NCBI RefSeq assembly: GCF_032062105.1 | Contig: NW_026935415.1 | Span: 1 to 64,000 of the forward strand | Length of the DNA stretch: 64,000 nucleotides | Direction: 5' to 3' | Source: Saccostrea cucullata | Lineage: Eukaryota | Shown: positions 36,775 through 47,546 of the stretch, piece by piece | How the letters are laid out: every line of letters begins with the position of its first letter | Position numbering within the stretch: the stretch's first letter is position 1 | Translations under genes and position numbers: made by a program | The notes under the pieces: generated by a model | Told to the model about the DNA's origin: nothing | Databases searched by the model: none | What the model saw: only the letters and a program-made list of their open reading frames with translations

Positions 36775-39030
36775 TTTTATCATATGAAAATACATATGAT
36801 CTGAAAATTCGTGTTTTATTGTATGACTGCACGTCAATGAATACAAACAGTTACTCTATTCTTATTAAAACTAAGACTGTATTTCTAAACCTGAAATGAA
36901 TACTTAGCTTTTCTTATGTATCTTCATGAATCTTTCCGGCAAACTCGGAAAACCACGACAACCTCGGATATGGTTTATATCGGATGAGCTTGCCGGAAGA
37001 AGGCCTGAGAAGAACTGCTGAAAAACAGTGCCACAATAGAATATTTTAAACAAGGTGCTCATTGGTTCTACTGACTTTTTATTTTTCACCTCGAAATTGA
37101 ATTTACAGTAAAGTACAGAATGTTTAAAGCATAGTTAGGAGTTATATACCATTGCCGACATGAAGCCTACTACTGAGTATTAGATTCACCATTCTGAATA
37201 TTGTGACACACTCTCATCCCCTTAACTCGACGCCCACTGCACTTTCTGCCTTCCTATTTACAATTGATCGATTCATCTTTAACAATCTTCCTCTATGTTT
37301 TATTATGCAACAGTGCTAGCTTACTGATCTTTTTAAGAGAAAAGCTTGTTAATATTTCAACTGACTCCCAAATCATCTTTTACTTCCTTCCTATTTCCTT
37401 TTTGTATTTTATAGTGACATTGAGTAAGAAGATAAGAAAATCTTAAATCAAGGTAGGATTTACATCAACTTTTCAAACTTTTGAATTCTATCCCTTAACA
37501 GGTGAATTTAGGGTACTTAATACAAACAAAAAATTGATGCATGGATTGATATATATTTTCAAACTGATTTTGATTTGAAATGACATCAATAATAAAAATC
37601 TGTAATATAAAGAAACCTTAACTAGGTTTACCTGGGTGCTTAAATATGACACTTACAAAAATAAGTGCCGGAAAAGCAAATTAAAGTTTAAGGCAGCTTA
37701 TAGCACACATTGTTATAGTCTATGTCAACTTTACGTGACTTTTATTAATAGCGTAAAACTCAAAAACTCATCTTGAAAATATGGCTTCGTGTTTTTTGTC
37801 AACGCGTGCAGAAGGGAGGAATGAACGAAGCAATACCGGTATCTTTCTATGGACCAGACTATAATTTTTTTACTCCATAAAGGTGTCTTTAGAGGGTCTG
37901 AAATTAGTACCTTATAAAAATTATTACTTTCAAAAATTTCAAAAAGAATCACATGGTCTACATCATTTTTTTAAAACTGATTTTGCGTCTCGCTTCATTT
38001 CAAAAATACATATAAAATACCGGTGATAAAAGCTGACTTGTCTCCGGAATTCGCTCGCAACGGCAAGTACATTGTAAATTATGTAATAGAGGTATGTAAA
38101 ATTCAATTTTGGCTACATTTCATTTCTGGAATTTTTCTTAATTATCAACTTTTCATTTCCGACATTTTTTATTTTTTCATTTCGGACATTTTTTTGTTTT
38201 CATTTCCGACATTTTTTAAATACATATGTAGTACTTTTAGGAAGAGATCTGAAGACTTTTCTTATGAAAAAATTAAAGTAAAAAATAATAAATAAATCAT
38301 TGAAATCCAATACACATGTATATGAGTTTTGTAAATCTATCAATGACTTAGACATAAGAGTGGTGCTGTCACTGACATTAAATTTAGTGCACATCAGATG
38401 TGGTGAAAAGGTTAATGCTCATTGAACTCTTAGCTTAGACTAAGTGCAACATGTATGCTACAATTTGCATATATGTGTAAATGTTTGTTTTTTTTAATCA
38501 ATATTTTGTAATAAATACCTTTAAAATTCCATTCCAAATAACATTGAATTGCCGCACAAGTAAATTCCGGAAATGAAAACAAAATTATGTCGGAATTGAA
38601 AACAAAAAATGTCGAAAATATTTAATTTACATCCTTAAATTAATTTATGGAAAACATCTGACACGGCAGACCCATGCTAGCAATTAAGTTTCTTAATCGC
38701 AAAATTTCTTATCCGTTAGATTAAAGCAATTCTCGAAGATCTTTCTGTAAATTGGTATGATTTATATTCTCGGCCGTCGGATGCTAAGATATGCGCGCGG
38801 GTTCTCACGCCTTTCACCATTCCCTCACAGAACCTTGTCAGTGAACGCGCAAACAAAAATTCTGCTGTAATTTTAATTGTTGATCTCTTCATATCTATTC
38901 AATTGGGATAGAAAGGTATGGATTTTAATTTTGATGTTTATTTTCCTCGGCATGTTGGATCCCTATGTTCTTGAATTTTTTAATGTGGAACAGAACTAGC
39001 TTTTTTGGTGAAAGCATATATTTCAAAACA

Positions 39031-39621
39031 ATGGTATCTATTCTGATTGCGGGATCTTCTCATGTAAATAGATTACAATCGTATATCCGAGAACATTGTG
39101 AATATGCTAACTTCAATTTATCCGCAACGGCGATTAATTATTTTGGAATAAGTGGTGGGAAATTATCATGTTCCGCTCATATAAATATGTTAGAAAGGAA
39201 AATCGCTGATCTACGTCCAGGTGTACTCATTTTACATATAGGAGGAAATGATGTTGACAATGTAACAGCAGATGAATCGTTTGTGAGGGAATTAAGCCTG
39301 CGCCTTTTATGCATCGCAGAAACTTTCGCATCACGCTACAATATTGCACATGTGAAAATTTGTCAGCTAATGCCTCGTTTTAGGACTCGGCTTTTAGACA
39401 CAACATCGTATAATGAACTTGTGATCAAATTCAACAGAAAATTGAAATGTCTGCTGGTACAGAAAACGAGTGTGCAATATTGGAAGCTTAAAAATATTAA
39501 ACACTCTAAATTTCCGATATTTTGTGATGGCGTTCACTTTAACGAAGAACATGGGATGATGATATACTATAGGAATCTACGTGGGGCAATATTGCACTCC
39601 TTGAAGGCTATCCAAAAGTGA
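39031..39621 (+). CDS. SGNH/GDSL hydrolase (Ngaro accessory ORF)
   Basis: Blocks ILIAGSSH, GISGG, HIGGND and DGVH; ORF also open from ATG 38965. Confidence 0.85.
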   Translation: MVSILIAGSSHVNRLQSYIREHCEYANFNLSATAINYFGISGGKLSCSAHINMLERKIADLRPGVLILHIGGNDVDNVTADESFVRELSLRLLCIAETFASRYNIAHVKICQLMPRFRTRLLDTTSYNELVIKFNRKLKCLLVQKTSVQYWKLKNIKHSKFPIFCDGVHFNEEHGMMIYYRNLRGAILHSLKAIQK

Positions 39622-40352
39622 TGGCATGTTACCTTCACCATATTCATGTTATGAGATAAGTTTTATTTCAATTTTAATTTTTGTAGTAATTATGCATTCA
39701 AGATACATGTACTTGAATTTTGAATATCGATGTCATACCAAAAAATATTATGGTGTATAGAGTGTAGAACATTTTACGATAGCTGCTAGTCATTTGATGC
39801 ACATGGCATCGTTTTAGTGATCTGTCACTATATATGCACTGTGATATGTCACAGTAGAAACGGCTTCTGCTCATTTTGATGCACATGGCATCTTGATGTT
39901 TGCGATATGTCGCTATGAGCTGTAATATGTACAGCTGAGCAGTTGCTTTTATGTTATGGCTAGCAGCTTATATGTGTGAAGTGTCGCTACACGCTGATGT
40001 ATGGTACACCTGAGAATTATGCTCAAGTGTAAATGATCTGGCGCTTTGGCTATTTCTTGATTATTTTCCTTGTGATCTGTCATTATAGCTTATGGTTGGC
40101 CTCAGTGAATTGACTGCTATCGAAACTTTTGCACTCTTAAGTATTTAGGTGTCCTTGGTTGTCTATGGCACCATAAGGCTTGGAAAAATTATTTCCATTA
40201 GAAGCTTAATTTGGCGATCAAGGGCATTTTTATACTTAAAATTTTTTCATGTTAATATGCAAAGTCAATTCAACATGTATATAGGCAGATAAGGTATTGA
40301 ACTATGAGTGTCTTCATTCTTAAGACAGGTGTCTCGTTTTGTAGGCCAAAAT

Positions 40353-41384
40353 ATGCCACCCAAAAAGAAAAGACCAAAGAGCACTACAACCGGGAACACA
40401 CCATCCTCTGAGACTTCAGGCCCGGCAAAACGTCGAAAGCAGACAACATCAGCCTCTGTTGACATTGCCGAGCAGGTGAACAACGCTATACAATTAGCCC
40501 TGCCAAAAATCACTCAAGCGGTCCTTTCGGCAATGAATGATAAGAGCGAGGAGCACACAGATAAAGCTCCAGAGGTGCCTCAGGAATTACCAAGCACGTC
40601 CACGGAGCCGCTTTCCCAGGCTAGCGATGGTAACAGTTTTTCGCTAATACATACATCAGACAGTATTTCTAAACCCTTATCACTCGGGATTGACGCAAAA
40701 ACAAAAGCAAAAATTTGGGCAAATGAATTTGTAAAGTTTGGGTCATTACTCAAGCCAAGTAAAAAAAACGTAAAATTCTCTGTAGAAGAAAAAGATGAAG
40801 GTTTGACTTTTGTTAAGGAAAACAATCCATGCAAAATTGAATCCGTCCAACAGTGGTTGGCAGCCTTTCATATTTTCGTCAGCATTTTTTGTGAAAAACA
40901 TGTAAACGAGGTATCAAAATTAATGAAATATGCCAATATTGTCCAAAAGCTGGCTGATCAGTCAACTGCTTCGGCAGCAATCAATTACGATAAAACTTTT
41001 AGACAATGGAGAGAAATTTCTCCTGGGGAGCTTCAATGGGATCGCGTTAACATTGAATTGTATCAGGAGGCCTTAGCTGCCGGTTTACAGGCAAAGTTTA
41101 AATCAACATATCAGAAAACTACTTTTCGTCCCTTCACAAATATCAAAGGAAAAGGGGGTTACACAAAGTCATTCTGTTTCAACTTTAACAACTCCGAGCA
41201 GGGAATTTGCAACAGAAAGGAATGTAAATTTTCCCATTCTTGTCAGCTCTGCGAGGGAGAGCACAGTCGAAAGGTCTGTCCCACGTCCCTCAAATCAAGC
41301 GCAAATGCTAAAGGAAGACAAAGAGTTAGCAGTAATCATGGTCCGACAGAATTTACAAAGTCCACATCCAAATCAACAAAATAA
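40353..41384 (+). CDS. Ngaro Gag-like protein
   Basis: MPPKKKRPK basic N-terminus; KIWANEFVKF; YDKTFR...W; C-terminal Cys/His fingers CFNFN...C...CKFSHSCQLC..EH...C. ORF also open from ATG 40308. Confidence 0.85.
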   Translation: MPPKKKRPKSTTTGNTPSSETSGPAKRRKQTTSASVDIAEQVNNAIQLALPKITQAVLSAMNDKSEEHTDKAPEVPQELPSTSTEPLSQASDGNSFSLIHTSDSISKPLSLGIDAKTKAKIWANEFVKFGSLLKPSKKNVKFSVEEKDEGLTFVKENNPCKIESVQQWLAAFHIFVSIFCEKHVNEVSKLMKYANIVQKLADQSTASAAINYDKTFRQWREISPGELQWDRVNIELYQEALAAGLQAKFKSTYQKTTFRPFTNIKGKGGYTKSFCFNFNNSEQGICNRKECKFSHSCQLCEGEHSRKVCPTSLKSSANAKGRQRVSSNHGPTEFTKSTSKSTK

Positions 41385-42957
41385 AAATTTTGAAATTGTT
41401 ACCCCAGTTAACCCTGATAGGTTACATGTATGGCTATTAAATTACGATATACCTGATAGGGAGTTTCTGGTCTTAGGTTTTAGAGAAGGATTTAAAATAC
41501 CTTTTCAGGGTAAAAGACATCGCAGACTTAGCGACAATTTAAAATCCGCTAAGCAACATTTAGACATTCTTCAAGAAAAAATAAACAAAGAATTAGCCTC
41601 TGGTCGAGCTGCTGGTCCGTTTCAAGAACCACCATTTACTAACTTTCAAAGTTCGCCCTTAGGCTTAGTGCCCAAAAAGCAACCTGGCGAATTCCGGGTT
41701 ATCCATCATTTGTCATACCCAGAAGGTCAGTCAATTAATGACGGAATATCTCAAGAATTCTGTTCCATCAAGTATCAGACAATTGACGACGCGGTTAAAA
41801 TTCTTAAAAAGTATGGCAAGGGGGCTTTATTTTCGAAGACTGATATTGAGAATGCATTTAAAATCATTCCTGTTCATCCTTCAGATCACGAATTACTAGG
41901 CTTCACGATAGGAAGTTATTATTTTTTTGATAAAACTTTACCCATGGGTCTTAGTTATTCCTGTAATCTCTTTGAGAAATTTAGCTCATCACTTCACTGG
42001 GTTATGGACTATCATTACAATGCTTCCTGTGTACATGTTTTAGATGATTTTCTTTTCATTGGTCCAGCCAACACAAATCAGTGTTTAAATTCGCTGGAAA
42101 ACTTTTTGAACCTGTGCAAAGATATAGGAGTTCCCATTAAATCTGAGAAAACAGTATATCCCACAACAACAATTACATTTTTAGGTTTAGAATTTGATTC
42201 AGAAAAAATGGAATTAAGATTGCCAGATGACAAGCTTCTCAAATTGCAAGAAACACTAAATAGTTTCAAAAGGAAGAAAAAAGCTTCACTACGCGACTTA
42301 CAGTCTCTTATTGGCTTGTTAAACTTTGCATGTTCTGTTGTATTACCTGGCCGCACATTTCTCAGACGACTGATAGATCTCACCAAAGGCTTAAGATTAC
42401 CGCACTTTAAGAAGTACTTGAATAAGGAAGCTAGGGCTGACCTTGAGGCCTGGTCAATTTTCATCAACCATTTTAATGGCAGATCCTTAATTTTAGAAGA
42501 TAAATGGATTACTTCTGGAATATTATCCCTCTATACAGATGCAAGTGACCTTGGTTTTGGGGGTACTTTTCAAACGAACTGGTTTTGTGGGAAATGGCCT
42601 GAAAAGTGGCGCCAGCTACACATTACAGTCAGGGAACTATTGCCTATTATACTGGCCTTAGATTTGTGGGGCCCCGACCTGCAAAATTCCTGTGTTAATT
42701 TTTATTCTGATAACATAGCTGTAGTGTACATTATTAACAAACAAACTTCTACTGATCCAACTATTATGAAATTAATGCGGCGTTTTGTCGTCAAGACAAT
42801 GCAGTTTAACATTTTATTTAAGGCAAGTCATGTCCCTGGTGTACTTAACGTTGCTGCAGATAAACTTTCTCGCTTACAGGTACAAGAATTCAAGGAGGGG
42901 TTCCCATCTATGAATCCAATGCCGACACCAATATCTCCAACAATGCTCAACCTTTGA
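41305..42957 (+). CDS. Ngaro reverse transcriptase / RNase H
   Basis: RT motifs SPLGLVPKK, FRVIHHLS, KTDIENAF, LPMG, HVLDDF, FLG; RNase H motifs YTDAS, REL, SDN, NVAADKLSR. Confidence 0.95.
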   Translation: MLKEDKELAVIMVRQNLQSPHPNQQNKNFEIVTPVNPDRLHVWLLNYDIPDREFLVLGFREGFKIPFQGKRHRRLSDNLKSAKQHLDILQEKINKELASGRAAGPFQEPPFTNFQSSPLGLVPKKQPGEFRVIHHLSYPEGQSINDGISQEFCSIKYQTIDDAVKILKKYGKGALFSKTDIENAFKIIPVHPSDHELLGFTIGSYYFFDKTLPMGLSYSCNLFEKFSSSLHWVMDYHYNASCVHVLDDFLFIGPANTNQCLNSLENFLNLCKDIGVPIKSEKTVYPTTTITFLGLEFDSEKMELRLPDDKLLKLQETLNSFKRKKKASLRDLQSLIGLLNFACSVVLPGRTFLRRLIDLTKGLRLPHFKKYLNKEARADLEAWSIFINHFNGRSLILEDKWITSGILSLYTDASDLGFGGTFQTNWFCGKWPEKWRQLHITVRELLPIILALDLWGPDLQNSCVNFYSDNIAVVYIINKQTSTDPTIMKLMRRFVVKTMQFNILFKASHVPGVLNVAADKLSRLQVQEFKEGFPSMNPMPTPISPTMLNL

Positions 42958-43886
42958 AAAACCTAGCAGACTTCATTTTGCAGAGTTCACTTTCTAAAGC
43001 TTCTAGGTCATCATACGATAGAGCTTTTACATGTTATAAGTCCTTCATGTTCAACCAATATCCAAACGTCCCCATCTTACCACCATCATCTCAACATGTC
43101 GCACTTTTTGTAGCCTTTTGTTTTCAATCCAACATGGCGACGTCGACCTTGAAAAGTTATCTATCAGCTCTAGGATATATATTTAAATTAAAGGGCTATC
43201 AAGACGTAACACAGCTTTTTGTAATTCGCAAAATGCTACAAGGGTATGAAAAGTTAAAACCAGGTACCGGGGATACGAGGCTGCCTATAACACCGTCTAT
43301 TCTAAGAAATTTAGTTGACTCGCTTGATCATTTAGGTATCTCATTTTACCAGCGCAGCATGCTAAAATCAATGTATTTGTTGGCCTTCCATGCCTTCTTA
43401 AGAGTGGGGGAAATAACTATCACATCTCGACATCACAGAGGTAATGTTTTGCTACTGGAAAATGTTAAGCTTGTTCGAGACGAATCAAACACACTAGAAG
43501 GCCTAGAAATAAGACCTGATTCTTTCAAGCACAGTTCTGGCCGACATATTCCCACCTTGTTTCTACAGGCTAGTAATTCCGATGAAGGGCTCTGTCCAGT
43601 GCAAGCACTATTGTCATTTATTACACTAAGGGGTCAAGTCATGGGTCCCCTTTTTTCTTACCCTGATGGTCATGGAATCCAAAGGCAACAATTTACAAAC
43701 TTTCTACAAATGTCTTTAAAGTGGTTGGGTCTCGATTCTAAACTCTATAAAACTCATAGTTTTCGAATTGGTGCGGCAACGTCAGCGGCCGAAATGGGTA
43801 TTTCAGATGAAAAGATTAAACAGATGGGACGATGGCATTCCGACGCATACAAGAAATACATACGCATACCTGTTTTGAAAATCTAA
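42954..43886 (+). CDS. Ngaro tyrosine recombinase
   Basis: AFLRVGE (R), SFKH (K), HSFRIGAAT (HxxR), GRWHS (W), YIR (Y). Confidence 0.95.
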   Translation: MKNLADFILQSSLSKASRSSYDRAFTCYKSFMFNQYPNVPILPPSSQHVALFVAFCFQSNMATSTLKSYLSALGYIFKLKGYQDVTQLFVIRKMLQGYEKLKPGTGDTRLPITPSILRNLVDSLDHLGISFYQRSMLKSMYLLAFHAFLRVGEITITSRHHRGNVLLLENVKLVRDESNTLEGLEIRPDSFKHSSGRHIPTLFLQASNSDEGLCPVQALLSFITLRGQVMGPLFSYPDGHGIQRQQFTNFLQMSLKWLGLDSKLYKTHSFRIGAATSAAEMGISDEKIKQMGRWHSDAYKKYIRIPVLKI

Positions 43887-43906
43887 ATATTTTCTGCAGT
43901 AAGTAT

Positions 43907-44296
43907 AATCATGGGGACAGGGGCCTCTGATTATGCACTAAATATCAACACATACTACGATCAGCTGGTTTTTGGACATAGCGAATATAAGTTTCCAGAT
44001 TTATATTTAATTTCCCTTTATAGCATGGACTGTTTTGAATTTTAAACCTAGGTCATGGGGACATGGGCCTCTGACTTAACCTTATAAATATAGCATGGAA
44101 TGTTTTGATTTTCAAACTTGAGTCATGGGGACAGGGGCCTCTGACTTAACCTTACAAATAAAGGATGGACTGTTTTGATTTTTCGAACTTACACGTAAGT
44201 CATGGGGACAAGGGCCTCTGACTTAACCTAATGGAGGTACAACTGCGTTTATTTTTCTTCGACATTAAGTCACGGGGACATGGGCCTCTGACTTAT
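43907..44296 (+). repeat. Five spaced copies of a ~28-bp stem-loop motif downstream of the Ngaro YR ORF
   Basis: (AG)TCA(T/C)GGGGACA(G/T/A)GGGCCTCTGA(C)TTA at ~43909, 44052, 44122, 44199 and 44268. Confidence 0.9.
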
Positions 44297-46045
44297 TCGC
44301 CTGGTTGTGTTTATATAATGTATAATTTGTTTTTTTTATTCCGGTTGGCTGTAATAGTGATTTTAGAAACTTTGATGAAATATGACAGAGGATCGTGAAC
44401 TTAATTATAACGTATTATGGACACTGCTGGTTAATGGAGCTTGAACTAGATCCTTCTATCACTTATAAAGGAGTATCTTGACCATCTTTGAAGAAACTGT
44501 GTGGTATTTATGTTTGTGCTTTAATATTAACAATTCATTAGAAGACAATAGTTTAAGGATGGGGTTTATTGCGTTTATGTAAACACAATAATGTGGCGAA
44601 ATTTTATACCCCACCTTTGATATCTATTGAAACAAAATTGATTATATTTTCAATTGTTCAATTTTTCTGATTCTGCATTATATGTTTATATGCATGATAT
44701 TTTGTGTTTTTTCATACAGTCATTTATAATGTAAATAAATGGCATTTTTCAATTCACTTAATCTTAATTTTGTTTCTTCATATCAAACAGAGTTAAACTA
44801 TTGTCAGTGGGTTTACATAAATATTTAATTTACATCCTTAAATTAATTTATGTAAAACATCTGACACGGCAGACCCATGCTAGCAATTAAGTTTCTTAAT
44901 CGCAAAATTTCTTATCCGTTAGATTAAAGCAATTCTCGAAGATCTTTCTGTAAATTGGTATGATTTATATTCTCGGCCGTCGGATGCTAAGATATGCGCG
45001 CGGGTTCTCACGCCTTTCACCATTCCCTCACAGAACCTTGTCAGTGAACGCGCAAACAAAAATTCTGCTGTAATTTTAATTGCCCTCCGTCCCGCCCCAA
45101 CACCGTCTGTAATTATTGCCGTGTCAGCATAGTTATCTTTGATTGGTTTTGTATGATACATATTCTTTTAGAATAGTTTTTTATGTTTATGTTTTAATTT
45201 GCTAAAAATATGTACGATTGTGGTGTTTGCGAAATTTTATACCCCACCTTTGATATCTATTGAAACAAAATTGATTATATTTTCAATTGTTCAATTTTTC
45301 TGATTCTGCATTATATGTTTATATGCATGATATTTTGTGTTTTTTCATACAGTCATTTATAATGTAAATAAATGGCATTTTTCAATTCACTTAATCTTAA
45401 TTTTGTTTCTTCATATCAAACAGAGTTAAACTATTGTCAGTGGGTTTACATAAATGAAATTTAAAAATGTCGGAAATGCAATGCATATTTCCGGAAATGA
45501 AATGCAGCGTCATTTTCTTTATAATGGGCTCACATAAAGGTACTTGTTTAGTACACGGGGCACCTCCTACTTATTCTTACCACAAGGTACTAAACACAGT
45601 CTCAGGCACCATGCACCGCTTTAAGTTATTATTTTGTTAGTATTTCGATCATTAACCTACTTTAAAAAGATATCGCTTTGGAAGACTCTTTCCTCTCAAT
45701 TAAATCGTTTCAGACGTCTCTGGTCGAGCCTCTTTATTGTTAATTTACCACTCATTTATACCTCCAAAAATACCTCTATGCAAAATATGACTATATTAGA
45801 TGGGATACAAAACTTCCGGCTGGGTTTATAAATGAACGATAAGACCACAGATTTCGCGGAATTGAATACATGAGTTTTTTTTAAAGAAACATTTAACCTT
45901 ATGACATTGGCGTTTGAGCTTCTTTTGCAAAGATTATTATGATCTTTGCCAAAACTGTTGGTTTGTTGGTGCTATATAGTCTTCAAATTTCACTTATGCC
46001 ATAGGAGTCGTAGATTTTGAGGCTTTTTGAGTTCACAGTGATATA

Positions 46046-47060
46046 TACTGAAAGGCTAAAAGAAACGCAGGGTAGCATAATTGTCGATAAAAAGTTGACC
46101 ACATGACCGAAAATTACGAAAATTGGTCAGATGGGAAATTTAGTTACTGTGCATCAAAATCAGTATTCAGAATTACTCAACCGTAAAATTAATGACGTCA
46201 CGTAGGGAAAACGCTAAAATGCCCAAAACACGTGCAATTTGATAACGACGTGTTTGTCCACAAATCTTGTTGCCTTATTTGATGCATATGAGGTATGCAC
46301 ATCGTTTTTCAATATTAAGAGACATTATGAATTTATTGCAATCTTGGCACAGTTTACGGAAGTTCAATGGGGTCTTGTTTTCGAATTGCCTAATTAATGA
46401 AAAAGGCAACAACGGTTTACTAAGCAGTCTCTTGTAATTTTTCCCCCATAAAACCTTTTAGCCGTTGTCAGAGAGGGTCTGGAGTGGATTTCAATCAACC
46501 GTGACGCTGACGTTAACGCGAAACAGAGCCATGTTACGAGCGGGTTATTCTACCTGCCATCTCTGAAATCGCCACGTTACTACCACAAAAACTGCCATTT
46601 ATAGTGTACACGATTATAATCATTACATTCATACGAAATTTGAAAGAAAACAATTCCGCAATTTGGTTTTTTGAGCCAGTCAACTTACTGTTGTATTCCT
46701 CTCACTGGCGCATGCGCGCGTCGTTTGACTTTTTTTTTGCGTGGTTACCCATGCTAAATATAGCCAGGGTTTGAAAGATAAACACTCTGATGAAATTCCA
46801 TGCAAAGGAGAAATAAGACTCTGACAGATGCACGAGATAGACATTGAAGATAATGAGAGTTTTCGATTTTCCCTTTTGGGGGGTATCGATATTTGAGCTT
46901 CAATAACTCATGAATAATTACACAAAATCATATGAGAATTTGGTTAAATCTTTTTTAAAGATGATTTTAAAAGTTAGATAGGAAAACTAAAAAGTATTTC
47001 AAGCAAAACAAATTTAATTCACCTCAAAAGTTTACCCTGCGTTTCTTTTTCCCTTCAGTA
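46046..47060. mobile_element. Non-autonomous Tc1/mariner-like element
   Basis: TIR TACTGAAAGGCTAAAAGAAACGCAGGGTA / TACCCTGCGTTTCTTTTTCCCTTCAGTA in TA context. Confidence 0.7.
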
Positions 47061-47396
47061 TATATCAATATATCCTGCAAGACTATATATTGTATATATA
47101 GATGTTTTGTATGGGAGCGTTCATTTAAGATCACATTCAGTCAGTGTACTTGTGTACATAGAATCAGAATGATTTTAATAGAATAATTTTATAGAAGACC
47201 TGCCCAACCAACAGTTATGTTAAATTTACGAGGGACAAACATTTTCTTGAGGAAGCAAGATATCTTTGTTTATCATCTAAATAGAATGTATACAAATGAT
47301 TATACAGACATTTATTTAAATCATAATTATCAGTATCTCAGAACATTTTCCAATTCTAAATGAACGTGTCTTTTTCAGGATATATGTTAAGCATTC

Positions 47397-47400
<4 letters not shown>

Positions 47401-47480
<80 letters not shown>
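47401..47480. repeat. (AG)40 microsatellite ~65 bp upstream of the P450 start codon
   Basis: Direct reading. Confidence 0.98.
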
Positions 47481-47483
<3 letters not shown>

Positions 47484-47546
47484 GTGAGTGTATAATCGGC
47501 CTAAGTAACTTTGTGATAGCTATAGTCTGTCCATTTTTTTTTTAAG

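Larger units (their letters stand above)
38620..45455 (+). mobile_element. Ngaro-type (DIRS order) tyrosine-recombinase retrotransposon, full length
   Basis: Split direct repeats: A1 38620-38879, B1 44596-44818, A2 44823-45082, B2 45229-45451. Four open ORFs (SGNH, gag, RT/RNase H, YR). AAAT at both ends and at the B1-A2 junction. Confidence 0.95.
38112..45509. mobile_element. Foldback MITE split by the Ngaro insertion
   Basis: Left arm GCTACATTTCATTTCTGGA with TTTCATTTCCGACATTTTT subrepeats (38112-38220). The right arm runs 38565-38619 and resumes at 45456, ending TCCGGAAATGAAATGCAGC. Confidence 0.7.

Noticed and set aside
40265-42467. Minus-strand ORFs within gag and RT; likewise 48676-48930, 49489-49680, 51431-51697, 58697-58891, 60960-61247
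   Set aside because: Antisense to well-supported coding sequences, with no motifs of their own.
43907-44296. CRISPR array
   Set aside because: Eukaryotic retroelement context, no cas genes, and spacers are partly homologous and uneven in length.
38620-45455. Prophage/integron or LTR retrotransposon
   Set aside because: Split direct repeats plus RT/RNase H plus YR, with no DDE integrase or protease, define Ngaro/DIRS.
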